Assembly (NCBI GenBank): GCA_951406725.2
Contig: OX597822.1
Coordinates: 25,110,001-25,174,000 of the forward strand
Direction of reading: 5' to 3'
Source of the DNA: Octopus vulgaris
Lineage: Eukaryota
DNA length: 64,000 bases
In this document: piece by piece, positions 1 through 11,384 of the stretch
How positions within the stretch are numbered: the stretch's first letter is position 1
How the letters are laid out: every line of letters begins with the position of its first letter
The notes under the pieces: model-generated
The model's database searches: none
What the model saw: the letters and a program-made list of their open reading frames with translations, nothing else
Told to the model about the DNA's origin: nothing
Made by a program: the position numbers and the translations under genes

Positions 1-83
1 ATAAAATTTACATAAGTATTGCAGATATATTGCGTGGGAAATGGTCAGTAATGGTCATCACCGGTCATGAGCGGACAGCTATC

Positions 84-85
<2 letters not shown>

Positions 86-114
<29 letters not shown>

Positions 115-300
115 TGTATGTATGTATGTATGTATGTATGTATGTATGTTTGTATGTATGTATGCATGCATGTATGTATGTATGTATGTATGTATGTATG
201 TATGTATGTATGTATGTATGTATGTATGCATGTATGTATGTATATATGTATGTATGTATTTATGTATGTATGTATGTATATATGTATGTATGTATGTATA
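86..300. repeat. (TATG)n microsatellite
   Basis: Near-perfect tetranucleotide tandem array read directly. Confidence 0.98.
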
Positions 301-350
301 TAAAAGCACACACAAACACACACATACACGTGTATACACACATACATATT

Positions 351-1261
351 ATTAATCAATGGATACATTGAAGTATCTACCCGCTAGAAATAAGAGTTAA
401 AAACCATCGTTTGAACCACCAAAAATTACACTGAAAATAATTGTTACAACAATATGCGGGCGAGCGAACCGAAAAAGATCTCTCACATACCATTATAACA
501 TATAGATATATATTTAATGGATCAGGTATATATGTGGACCGGTTCCTGGTTTGACACAAAGTTCTTACCTTTCTCAGCACATCTTAACCCTTAGAAACAT
601 TTCCCCTAGTCCATCACGTTGAAATCTGCCGGTGTCCTTAAAATTTGGACAACATCAGCGTAAAAAGTACCAAGCAGCAGTAAAAATGATTTGGTCCTGC
701 AACCACCTATATTAATATTGTTATCATGGACTATTTGTATTGGCTTCGATAATAATAAAAATATTAATATCTATATAAATATTAGATTCTGAATATTTTT
801 GCTGCTGATTTGTACTTTTCACACCGAGGCTGTCCACATTTTGACGTTAAGCAATTAAGGACGCCAGCATATTTCAACATGGCGGACTGGGAAGGTGTTT
901 CGTAGGGTTAAGATGTGCTGAGAAAGGGAAGAACTTTGTGTCTAACCAGAAACCGGTCCACATGTGTACCTGTACCATTAAATATATAGCTTTACGCTAT
1001 GATGATATGTGAGAGTTCTTATTCAGTTTGCTCGTCCGCATACTGTTGTATCTGTTATTTTCAGTGTAATTTTTGGTCGTCCAAATGATGGTTTTAACTC
1101 TTATCTCTAGTGGGTAGATACTTCAATGTGACCTTTGATTAATATAATTTTCATTCTGTAGCTATATAACGCTGATTTAGGCCTGCAGCCACCTATATTA
1201 ATATTGTTGTAATTATGGACTATTTTGTATTGACTTTGATAATAATAACAATATTAATATC

Positions 1262-1267
<6 letters not shown>
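351..1267. repeat. Diverged fold-back module with A-B-A'-B layout, probably Penelope-like terminal-repeat remnants
   Basis: About 351-685 is the diverged reverse complement of about 796-1143. Segment 687-787 is directly repeated at about 1173-1267. Flanked by microsatellites, with a hammerhead-like motif in each arm. Confidence 0.75.
913..963 (+). ncRNA. Type I hammerhead ribozyme-like motif with non-canonical core CTGAGAA
   Basis: ATGTG-CTGAGAA-AGGGAAGA..TCTAACCA-GAAA-CCGG-TC-CACAT. Stem I is ATGTG/CACAT and stem III is the palindrome ACCGGT. A mirror copy lies at 532-582 on the minus strand. Confidence 0.55.
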
Positions 1268-1308
<41 letters not shown>

Positions 1309-1336
1309 ATACACATATATTCATACAGAGAGGGAT

Positions 1337-1396
<60 letters not shown>

Positions 1397-1462
1397 TTAT
1401 AAATGTATGTGTACACATAGAAATATGTATACACACAGACATGCATATATATATATATATAT

Positions 1463-1918
1463 TTATTCTTTTATTCTTTTACTTGTTTCAGTCATTTGAC
1501 TGCGGCTAAGCAGGGGCACCACCTTAAGGGATTTTAATCGAAGAAATTGAGCCCAGGACTTATTGTTTGTAAGCCTAGCACTTATTTCATGGATTTCTTT
1601 TGCGGAACCGCTAATTTACGGTAAGATAAACACACCAGCATCAGTTGTCAAGCGATGGCGGGGTGACAAGCATAGACACACACACACAAATACAGAAAAC
1701 AGACAGACAGGTACAAAAAGACAGATAGACACACACACATGCACGCGCGCGCTCGCACGCACACACAGAGATGCACATACACAGACACACATATGACGGG
1801 CCTCTTTCACTTTCCGTCAATCAGATCCATTCACTAGGCTTTGGTCGGCCCAAAGACAGTTGCCTAAGGTGCCATGCAGTGGGACTGAATCCAGAACCAT
1901 GTGGTTAGGAAGTAATCT

Positions 1919-1919
<1 letters not shown>
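1463..1919 (-). mobile_element. Composite tRNA/CORE-like SINE with internal microsatellite (family B)
   Basis: Matches other copies in the window (38075-38503, 60345-60838), including the GTCCCACTGC..GGCACCTT head part, the TTGACAAC.GATGCTGGTGTGTTTA body and the CAGTCAAATGACTGAAACAAGTAAAAGAATA tail. Confidence 0.85.
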
Positions 1920-1957
<38 letters not shown>

Positions 1958-2718
1958 TTGTATATATATGTTATATATATAGTCACACACGCGTATATAT
2001 ATATAAAACTAGGTAAAGCTTGGTAGACAGAGTATGTTTATGTATATATATGTGTGTGTGTGTATGTGTGTGTGCGTGTGTGTGTGTGCGCGCGGCGTGT
2101 GTATATGTGTCAATGTACGCGTGTTTGCAAGGTGATGGGTGCTGGAATGTGTGTATGTGTGTATAGAATCATGCAAGCAATAGCTGAAACAATTATCATC
2201 ATAATATTATGCTCCTGCCGTAAGTCTTGTTCTGGTTTTTCTCCAATCAAACTCCATACACCTCTACGATTAGCCTCTGTTTATCTATTCAGTTTATTTT
2301 CATACCTATTCCCTGTGTGGAATCTTCCCACATCCCCACTGACATCTAATAAACGAATTTATTACACCTACACACAGCTCACACATACATACATGCATAC
2401 ATGCATACATACATGCATACATACATACATACATACATACATACATACATACATACCTGTGTGTAAGTGTATATGCATATATATATATATATATATAAAT
2501 TGCCTGCCTATGCCTTTTTCACACACATACGCACACACACTCATACACACACTCTCTCCCATAACGCTGCTTCTTCTTTTATCTTATACACACACATACA
2601 TATGTGTTTCTGCGAATAAATGCGAGTGTGTATGAACATATATACATATATATGTATATGTGTGTGTATAGATTCAAGCATATATTCCCTCTCTCTCTCT
2701 ATATATATATGTATATAC

Positions 2719-2846
<128 letters not shown>

Positions 2847-3244
2847 ATATACGTATATGACTAGTTTCTGTGGTCCCATTGTAGAACGTCTCTAATGTTT
2901 ATAGGAGATGCGGGTTCGAGTCCCACGGGTAACATTTGACATTGTCAATCTATTATTTATAGCTTCTCTAAGCCGTTGAGCCAGCAGAACATTTCGTTCG
3001 TCTTTACGTTTCGTACTCTGAGGTCGATTTTTGCCTTTCATCCGTTCGGTGTCGATAAGACAATTACCAGTTGAACATTTGAGTCGATGTCATCAACTTA
3101 CGACTTCCCCCAAAATTGCTAGCCTTAAACCAAAGTTTGAAATCATTATCTATAGATTTCTTTGCTTCTGGATATATCATTCCTAAAAAAGATTTATTTC
3201 ACGTCCTCAAAATTTCTAAATTCTCTCTCTCTCTCTCTCTCTCT

Positions 3245-3318
<74 letters not shown>

Positions 3319-3325
3319 TATATAT

Positions 3326-3627
3326 GTCTGTTCCTTCTCGTGCCACGCCTGGCTCATAAGGGCCGGTTTCCCGGTTTGCTTGGCGTATAGGTTCCCCACT
3401 TGGACGGGACGCCAGTCCGTCGCAAGTGAGCTGCAAGATGCAAGAGGAAAGAGTAAGAGAAAGTTGTGGCGAAAGAGTCAGCAGAAGTTCGCCATTACCT
3501 TTTGCCGGAGCCGCGTGGAGCTTAGGTGTTTCGCTCATAAACACACACATTGCCCGGTCTGAGATTCGAACCCGCCATCTCTCGACCGTGAGTCCGCTGC
3601 TCTAACCACTAGGCCATGTACCTCCAC
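3326..3627 (-). mobile_element. tRNA-derived SINE (family A, tRNA-Arg-like head)
   Basis: Minus strand has A box TGGCCTAGTGG and B box GGTTCGAATCT. Near-identical to 28827-29134 and 61860-62140. Confidence 0.9.
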
Positions 3628-3888
3628 GAATTTTATTTTTCGGATAGGGTGGTGCGTTGTGTTCTTCAGCAAGCCGCTTTATTTACGTTACTTCATTTCA
3701 CTCAGCTGAAAATCAGTATCAGCGACAGCTGGTGAGTTGACCCTGAAACGGACTGGGCTATATTGAAATCTTAGCTGCTTAAACACACCGCTAGGAACTA
3801 ATTAGGCTGTATGTATGTATGATTTATACGCTCTGGCTTTAGACTATTTCTTGTACTAAATCTCAATATAGAGTATATAGTATATATA

Positions 3889-5098
3889 CAGGGGTTGAAC
3901 AGAATAATGGAAATACCTTAAAATTTCAAACAAATTTATTTTAATATGGGGTAGGACTGCCTTTGGCAGTAATTACAGCTTCAATTTTACGAGGTATAGA
4001 CTCGTACAAAGTTTGAATTGTTTCCAAAGGAATTTTTGTCCATTCTTTAGCTAAAAGAGTCCCCAGTTCTTGTAGTGATGATGGTGGGAGATATCGACTC
4101 CTTACTTGTTTTTCTAAACTGCACCATAAATGTTCAATAATATTGAGATCTGGGGACTGTGGTGGCCTGAAGAGATGTTCAACTTCACTAGAATGTTCCT
4201 CGTGCCATTCAGTAACAACTTTAGCTGTGTGAATTGGTGTATTATCATCCTGAAAGATTGCGTTTCCCTCCAAAAACAGTTCCACAACCATAGGATGAAT
4301 TTAGTAAGATAAAATGCTTAAATAGTCTTGACTATTAATTCTTCCACAAAGGGAAACCGTTGGGTCGGCGGATTTCCAAGTTATAGTCCCCCAAATCATC
4401 ACAGATCCTCTTCCATGTTTAACAGTTGGAAGAAGGCGATCTGGGTCAAATGTTTCTTTGAGCTGTCTCCACACGTATACTCGACCGGTGGTCGGAAATA
4501 AGGTAAAGGATGATTCGTCCGAGAAAATAACATTCTTCTACTGCTTTAGGGACTAATTCTGTAGGTTTTTGCTCCACTCTAAACGCTTTGCAACGTTTGT
4601 TTTAAAACGTAGTGGTTTTCTGATTGCAGCCCTCCCGTGAAATCCGGCTTTGAGCAGCTCCCGGCGAATAGTTTTTGATCTACAGTAATTTTGGGGGCTG
4701 TACATTTGCGATCCTTTCTAACAATTCGCGTAAGAGTCAGACGGTCTCTATCTGAATGTTTTGGTTTTCTTTCAGAGTTTTGTTTCGCTGAGGAAGTTTT
4801 TCCCTCTTTCTCAAAGGCTGTCACCACTTTCGTGACAGTACTTCTTGATACACCAAACATTTCGGCTGTTTTTGCTACGGTAGCGCCTGCCATACGAGCA
4901 CCGATAGCTCTGTCATTTTAATGAATTTTAATTACATTTTTCCGATGATATCTGACAAGAAACAGCAATTTTAGCAAAGCGTATTAAACAACACTAATAA
5001 TAAATAAAAAAGATAAAAAAAATAACAAGTTTCTGACGGTTTTATAAATATTTCAAAATTATGATGTTAGGTGTTTCCATTATTTTGTCCAGCCCCTC
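3889..5098 (-). mobile_element. Full-length (1210 bp) Tc1-superfamily DNA transposon, DD36E type
   Basis: TIRs CAGGGGTTGAACAGAATAATGGAAATACCT and AGGTGTTTCCATTATTTTGTCCAGCCCCTC, with TA on both flanks. Transposase remnants lie between them. Confidence 0.95.
3941..4915 (-). pseudogene. Disrupted Tc1-like transposase (HTH plus DD36E domain)
   Basis: N-terminal HTH (AEMFGVSRSTV), VIFSDES, and FQDDNTPIH...PPQSPDLNIIEHLW with 36 residues between the second D and the E. Stops and frameshifts split it into several ORFs. Confidence 0.92.
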
Positions 5099-5196
5099 TA
5101 AGTAGAAATTGGTAGAAGTTAGAATGCAACCCAAGGGCCGAGAGCTTCATGCGTTGGCACTTATCCTGTTTGCACTGCCAAATATACATATATACA

Positions 5197-5254
<58 letters not shown>

Positions 5255-5291
5255 CATATATATATATATATACACACACATACACATACAC

Positions 5292-5332
<41 letters not shown>

Positions 5333-5339
5333 TATGTTT

Positions 5340-5549
5340 GAGGGAAACCACTATGTGGACACCCTTATGATAGAAATAGATCCGCTATGGTCTTACTACT
5401 AAGAAATCCATATTTTTATTGCTTTTTCTTTTGTCTTGCTCGATTACGTTTTGGTTGTTTTGCTAAATTTTTCTTGAGAACATTTCTTAGTGGTAAGACC
5501 ATAGCGGATCTATTTCTAGCATAAGGGTGTCCACATAGTGGTTTCCCTC
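5340..5549. repeat. Hairpin inverted repeat with ~68 bp arms and ~75 bp loop
   Basis: GAGGGAAACCACTATGTGGACACCCTTATG...TAAGAAAT at 5340-5407 is mirrored at 5482-5549. Confidence 0.9.
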
Positions 5550-5910
5550 TAATATGTATATAATACAATTTTGATGAACCTTCAGTTTTTTTATATGCTA
5601 GACCACTGGTGTGAAATCGATGTTAATTAAGTTAATATCTAATTTCTCACCCTCATTTTAAATTTAAATTTATATATATATATATATATATATATAAATT
5701 TTCCAGCAGATGGCTACACCACACATCCTGTGAGGTACAGGGTTCAATTCTTTTTAACCATCTGCCGCCAATTTTTTCTCCATCTTCTAGAGGTCTACAC
5801 CCAATGTACTAAGTTGTTTTCACAGCTATCCCGAGATGAAATTTACTTATTTTCGGTAAAATACCAATCCACTCGACGCTTCTATATTTGTTTATAAGAC
5901 ATATATATAT

Positions 5911-6139
5911 ACCGAAGTAAACACATAAATGTGAAACAAGGTGGAAAAAAGAGTACTCAAATACCAGAGGTAGAGTAATATGGTTTATTTAAAAGCAATA
6001 GAAATTTAACAAAAGCTGATTCGGAGTTTCACGTTCCCGGTCGTCGGACAGTTTTATTTTTAAAAAATACTGTCCGACGAACGGGAACATGAAACTCCGA
6101 ATAACAGCTTTTGTTAAATATCTGCTGCCTTTAAATAAA

Positions 6140-6140
<1 letters not shown>
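5911..6140. mobile_element. (TA)n-flanked palindromic Penelope-like terminal remnant
   Basis: Arms 5984-6052 and 6069-6139 are reverse complements. A hammerhead-like motif sits next to the centre of symmetry. Confidence 0.65.
6070..6107 (+). ncRNA. Minimal hammerhead-like motif with variant core CCGACGA
   Basis: CTGT-CCGACGA-ACG GGAA CAT-GAAA-CTCCGAA-TA-ACAG. Stem I is CTGT/ACAG. Combining the two arms gives stem II ACG-GGAA-CGT. Confidence 0.5.
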
Positions 6141-6193
<53 letters not shown>

Positions 6194-6859
6194 CGATGGA
6201 TGGATAGATAGATAGATAACTGTATGTATGAATGTGAATGTATGTAAATGTTTGTGTGTGATGGTGGATGTTTGTGTGAATCGGGTCTATATATTTTGGT
6301 GATATTGTATTTCGTATATCACATATACAAATGTCCGATATATCATTGTACAATAATCATCTGATACGAAGACAGATGCAGTTACGCAGAAACTTTCGGA
6401 CATTAGTGTAAAAGAATTATTAACGATGACGCATTAGATTGCAAGGAATGTTGTAGGTGGTCGCCTTTGTTTCATCTTTATCTGATAGCTATTGTATAAT
6501 AATAATAATCTCTTGTCTTGCCCAGGAATACACACATGCTGTTTAGTAGTACTAGTATTCTCAAAGTTATTTTCGAACACCGATTCTAGGGTAGTTAGTT
6601 GTAGAGTAGAAGTTTTACAAACAGTCATATATAAAAAAGAGAGAAAAAAATAATAAAACATAATAAAATAATAAAAATAAGTAAAAAAATATAGAAACTG
6701 GCAGATATTCAAGACTGAATATTTTGTCTGCTGCGCAAAAGTTTTTGCTTTATGTTAATTTCACAAAGTAGAGCACTATTAATGATTTTTGTAGGTTTTT
6801 GTATGTGTTTTTTTCTTTTGTAAAAGAAAGGAATTCGCTATTAATAAAATTAATAACGG

Positions 6860-7075
6860 ACAGAGTCAATGATTATTGAAATGATTGGAAGACGTAACAA
6901 AAATTTTAGAAAAAATAAATAAGTAAATGAGTGGAAATCGAACCGGTGAGTGTGTTAAAAAATAAGGCACTAAAAGGGAATGACTCTCCCCAGACATAAT
7001 AAAGTGTGCTTCAACACACGAATTCACATAAAGAATCTTGCAAACCAAACACAAAAACGAAATAATAGAATATAT
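6860..7075. repeat. Dispersed repeat, same family as 10545-10886
   Basis: Shares GGTGAGTGTGTTA..AATAAGGCAC..ACTCTCCCCAGACA and the AAGAATCTTGCAAA..AAACGAAATAATA end with the palindromic element. Confidence 0.7.
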
Positions 7076-7423
7076 ATATTTTTTTTATTTTAGGCCTAGC
7101 ATTGTACAAATTTAACGGAGGTCAATTTTGTTTTTCATCTTTACGGAGTTGATAAAATAAGTGCCAGTCAAGTTCTGGGGTCGATATAATCAACTAGCAC
7201 CTTCTCTCCAAATTCCAGGCATTATACATTTAGCCAAAAGGGTTATTTTAGGCCTAGGGTTTATGATCTGAGTACAAATTCAACGGAGGTAAACTTTGCC
7301 TTTCATCGTTTCGGAGAGGAGGAAATAAATACCAGTCAAGATCTGGGATTGGTGTAATCGACTTGCCCACTACAAAATTTCTGGTTTTGTGCCAAAATAA
7401 AAAAAAATATTATATCATCAGGT

Positions 7424-7592
7424 AAGGCGGGGAATTGGCAGAAACGTTAGCACGCCGAGCGAAAAGCTTTCCTTAGCGGTATTTCGTCTGCCGCTACGTT
7501 CTGAGTTCAAATTCCGCCGAGGTCGACTTTGCCTTTCATCCTTTTGAGGTCGATAAATTAAGTACCAGTTGCGTATTGGGGTCGATTTAATC
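7424..7592 (+). mobile_element. Nin/Deu-domain-like tRNA SINE (family N), 3'-truncated
   Basis: AGGCGGGGAATTGGCAGAAACGTTAGC head, B box GAGTTCAAATTCC, and core GTCGACTTTGCCTTTCATCCTTTTGAGGTCGATAAATTAAGTACCAG. Confidence 0.85.
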
Positions 7593-7599
7593 GTTAGCC

Positions 7600-7878
7600 A
7601 ATCTAATTACAAACCAGATACGGCGTTATTTAACTTCGATAATCGGACCAGATAAATTTATTGGCAACAATAAATTTAACCTAAATTTGAGACACCAGCA
7701 AAAGAAGAAATAAAGGTAGACTTTTTTCTATTCCAAAGAAAAACGATTTCTCACGGCTTTATCGATTGCATTCTCCCCTGCGGTATCTACATATCAAATT
7801 TGAGCGCAATCGGATGGAGGATGCTCGAGATCCTAGAAGACACAGACAGACAGACAGAACGGATTTTATATAATAGAT
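7600..7878 (-). mobile_element. Non-autonomous Helitron-like element, 5' part
   Basis: Minus strand begins TCTATTATATAAAATCCGTTCTGTCTGTCTGTC (TC start plus microsatellite, as in Lep1-like Helitrons). Homologous to 63095-63530 with an internal deletion. Confidence 0.55.
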
Positions 7879-7934
7879 CTATGTACGTATGTATGAGTAA
7901 TTATATATATATATATATATATATATACTCATAC

Positions 7935-7979
<45 letters not shown>

Positions 7980-7985
7980 CATACA

Positions 7986-8017
<32 letters not shown>

Positions 8018-8018
8018 C

Positions 8019-8059
<41 letters not shown>

Positions 8060-8067
8060 CATATATA

Positions 8068-8254
8068 TACTCTTACTCTTTACCCTTTTACTTGTATCAG
8101 TCATTTGACTGTGGCCATGCCGGAGCATCGCCTTTAGTCGAAGGAATCGACCGCAGGACTTATTCTTTGTAAGCCTAGTACCTATTCTATCGGTTTCTTT
8201 TGCCGAACCGCTAAGTTACTGGGACGGAAACACACCAGCATTGGTTGTCAAACG

Positions 8255-8255
<1 letters not shown>
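8068..8255 (-). mobile_element. SINE family B, 3' half
   Basis: TACTCTTTACCCTTTTACTTGTATCAGTCATTTGACTGTGGCCATGC... matches the other copies. Confidence 0.85.
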
Positions 8256-8292
<37 letters not shown>

Positions 8293-8409
8293 GTAATTAA
8301 TATGTGACAATTATTCAGTAGCCAAGTCACATATTAATTTACAGATAAATTTCCTCTATTTACATAATATTGAAGTCTCTTTCTTTCTTTTGATATCTTA
8401 CCGTTTTTA

Positions 8410-8449
<40 letters not shown>

Positions 8450-8463
8450 TTGGTTGTCCAGCG

Positions 8464-8549
<86 letters not shown>

Positions 8550-8664
8550 GTAAACGGTAAGATAAAAAAGAAAGAAAGAGACTTCAATATTATGTAAATA
8601 GAGGAAATTTATCTGTAAATTAATATGTGACTTGGCTACTGAATAATTGTCACATATTAATTAC

Positions 8665-8728
<64 letters not shown>

Positions 8729-8786
8729 ATATCGTTTGACAACCAATGTGTGTGTTTCCGTCCAGTAACTTAGCGGTTCGGCAAAA
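8198..8786. repeat. Inverted duplication centred on (TA)n
   Basis: 8198-8412 is the near-exact reverse complement of about 8548-8786. Confidence 0.9.
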
Positions 8787-8821
8787 AATTTTGTTTTTCA
8801 TCTTTACGGAGTTGATAAAAT

Positions 8822-8897
<76 letters not shown>

Positions 8898-9702
8898 TGT
8901 CTGTCTTTATTATTTGTACTTAGCATACATTATATATGGTGACGAGAGTAATGTTAAATATACATAATGGTAGTCGCGGTGGTATTTGTTGTGTATGCTT
9001 ATTTTCTCTATATACTCATAAATAACGGTCCGCAAATCAGAATCACTTCTTTCAATACGGAGAGAAATGACGTGGGAAGAATGTAGTAAAACTTATGGCA
9101 GTTGAGTTTTGATGGTTTGTAACTTCAGAAAATGGAAGTATGGTAGAATTGTTTTAACACTATAATCGTTGACAGTAATGAAGTCTGTATGTTCGCAGCT
9201 TTCCTTATTGACATCTTTCTTATGTTTTCACAGCAGGCCTTATTTTGTCGCTGAGAGAAAAACGAACGGAGTCTGTTTAAAACAGAGATTTCTGATAAAA
9301 GCTAAATAGCCTATCTCGTGCTTTCGTTCCTGTCGCGGAATCCATTTCGTTTTGTGTAGCGAGGGTTTTTGTGTAGTGTTAATGTGGACTTTGGAATGTA
9401 GGAAATTTCGTCCTCCTAATTTGAGCGTCTTGGGTTACTTTTTGATGACCTTGACATAATGGATTATTGTCTTACATTGCTTTTCTATTCCTTTCACTAA
9501 CACAGAACATCTTATAATCAGCACATATATAACGATTGTACAAGACTTCGTATTTATAGTAGAGATGGTGGTGATAGTGCTGCGAGGAGGCTTTTTCATA
9601 GACCTAATTACGCCACATAAGAAGGCGAAGAGGCAGAGTCGTTAGCGGAAATTGACGAGAGTGTTCCGACATTTTCCGCTCTGTGCTCAAATCATGCCTT
9701 CA

Positions 9703-9834
9703 AAGCTGTGGCTTTGCCTTATAAGCTGTGGCTTTGCCTTATAAGCTGTGGCTTTGCCTTATAAGCTGTGGCTTTGCTTTATAAGCTGTGGCTTTGCCTT
9801 ATAAGCTGTGGCTTTGCCTTATAAGCTATGGCTT
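9703..9834. repeat. 20-bp minisatellite AAGCTGTGGCTTTGCCTTAT, ~6.5 copies
   Basis: Head-to-tail units start at 9703, 9723 and so on to 9823, with no spacers. Confidence 0.97.
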
Positions 9835-10544
9835 GGCAGAACACTTAATCAGTCAGTAAGGAGTTTCGCATCATCTGTTTCTGTTCATTGCATTCGACAT
9901 TAGTGCCAACCATTATCAACTCATCACGGTGGTCATCTTTCTCTTGGACAAATACCCATAGCGTGGATAAGGGGTAATGGACATGCATTAGCAGCTGGTA
10001 GCTTTACAAGAAAAAATAATTTTTCCCATGCTGTTAATGCTTGAGAAGATGCAGAATCAACCATATATTTGTTATTTCTAGAAGAATTAAAATATAGACT
10101 AGATATCTATGTATTTTATTGTATGTATGTATCAAATGACGGCCCTATCTTTTTACATGCTGTTAAGTCTTTTTACATTAATACACACACACACACACAC
10201 ACACATATTAGATGTATGTGTGTGTGTGTTTCAAATAATCAATCTAATATATAAATTTCAATGTCGTCACAAAAATCGTAAACTTCGTCACTCAAACTCT
10301 GAGATAGGACATACATGCGCGGCACTTTCTCGACGGCAGATCCGATATTTATAATAAGAAGCTGTTACAACTGGTTATAATACAGTACAGGAAATAAATT
10401 CGATGAGAAGTCATCGTTATTTGACAGCATCATCACTATTTTATACAAAATGTTACCACGCGCTAAAAGACCCCAAGTCAGACGGAAAACTACGGGAGAC
10501 CCACTGCGTGGAATCTTGAGCATATATATATATATATATATATA

Positions 10545-10886
10545 TTATTTCGTTTTTGGATTTGCTTTGCAAGATTCTTTATATGAGTTTGTGTGTTGAA
10601 AAATATTCTATTGTGTCTGAGGAGAGTGATTTTCTTTTGGTGCCTTATTATGTAACACACTCACTGGTAAATTTCACGTTTCTACGTTTTTCTTATTTTT
10701 ATTGTCCTAAAATTTTCGTTGCGTCTTGCAACCTTTTCGATAGATTTGACTCAAAACTATCGAAAAGGTTGCAAGACGCAACGAAAATTTTAGGACAATA
10801 AAAATAAGAAAAACGTGGAAATTTTACCAGTGAGTGTGTTACATAATAAGGCACCAAAAGAAAATCACTTCTCCCAGACACAATAG
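10545..10886. mobile_element. (TA)n-flanked palindromic repeat (Penelope-like terminal remnant?)
   Basis: Arms 10608-10743 and 10757-10886 are near-perfect reverse complements with a 13-nt spacer. A family copy lies at 6860-7075. Confidence 0.6.
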
Positions 10887-10916
10887 TGTAGATATATATA
10901 GAGTTGCGCCTGGAAC

Positions 10917-11208
10917 TTTTCCCGGATTTAACATTCACGAAGTCTGATCAAAATGTATCGGGACTGGTGCTATAAAATTAAAACAACATCAAGCATCAAT
11001 TTGGCATTTAATATAGCATCGTTTCAATTGATGGAACTCGTTTTTAGGGATATTAAGAAGGTGCTTCGTCGCATTCTCATGGATTTCCTTGATATCTTGA
11101 AATATTGTTGGTTTTGGAGTCATAGCCACAGATCCACGATTCGTCACCTGTTATGACTTGTTTCAAAATGTTTCCGTCTTCCTCGGCACAATCAAGGAGA
11201 TCGTACGC
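10917..11208 (-). mobile_element. Internally deleted mariner remnant
   Basis: Minus strand encodes DLLDCAEEDGNIL../VITGDESWICGYDSK. A TIR-like end, CACGAAGTCTGATCAAAATGTATCGGGACT, lies at about 10917. Confidence 0.7.
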
Positions 11209-11352
11209 ATCTGCCGTCGAGAAAGTGCCGCGCATGTATGTCCTATCTCAGAGTTTGAGTGACGAAGTTTACGATTTTTGTGACGACATTGAAATTTATA
11301 TATTAGATTGATTATTTGAAACACACACACACATACATCTAATATGTGTGTG

Positions 11353-11384
<32 letters not shown>

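Noticed and set aside
2865-2934. tRNA-like sequence with GGGTTCGAGTCCC
   Set aside because: A B box and T arm are present, but the acceptor, D and anticodon arms do not fold properly. At best it is a decayed tRNA-derived repeat.
9703-9834. CRISPR-like regular repeat
   Set aside because: The units are contiguous with no unique spacers, there are no cas genes, and the context is eukaryotic.
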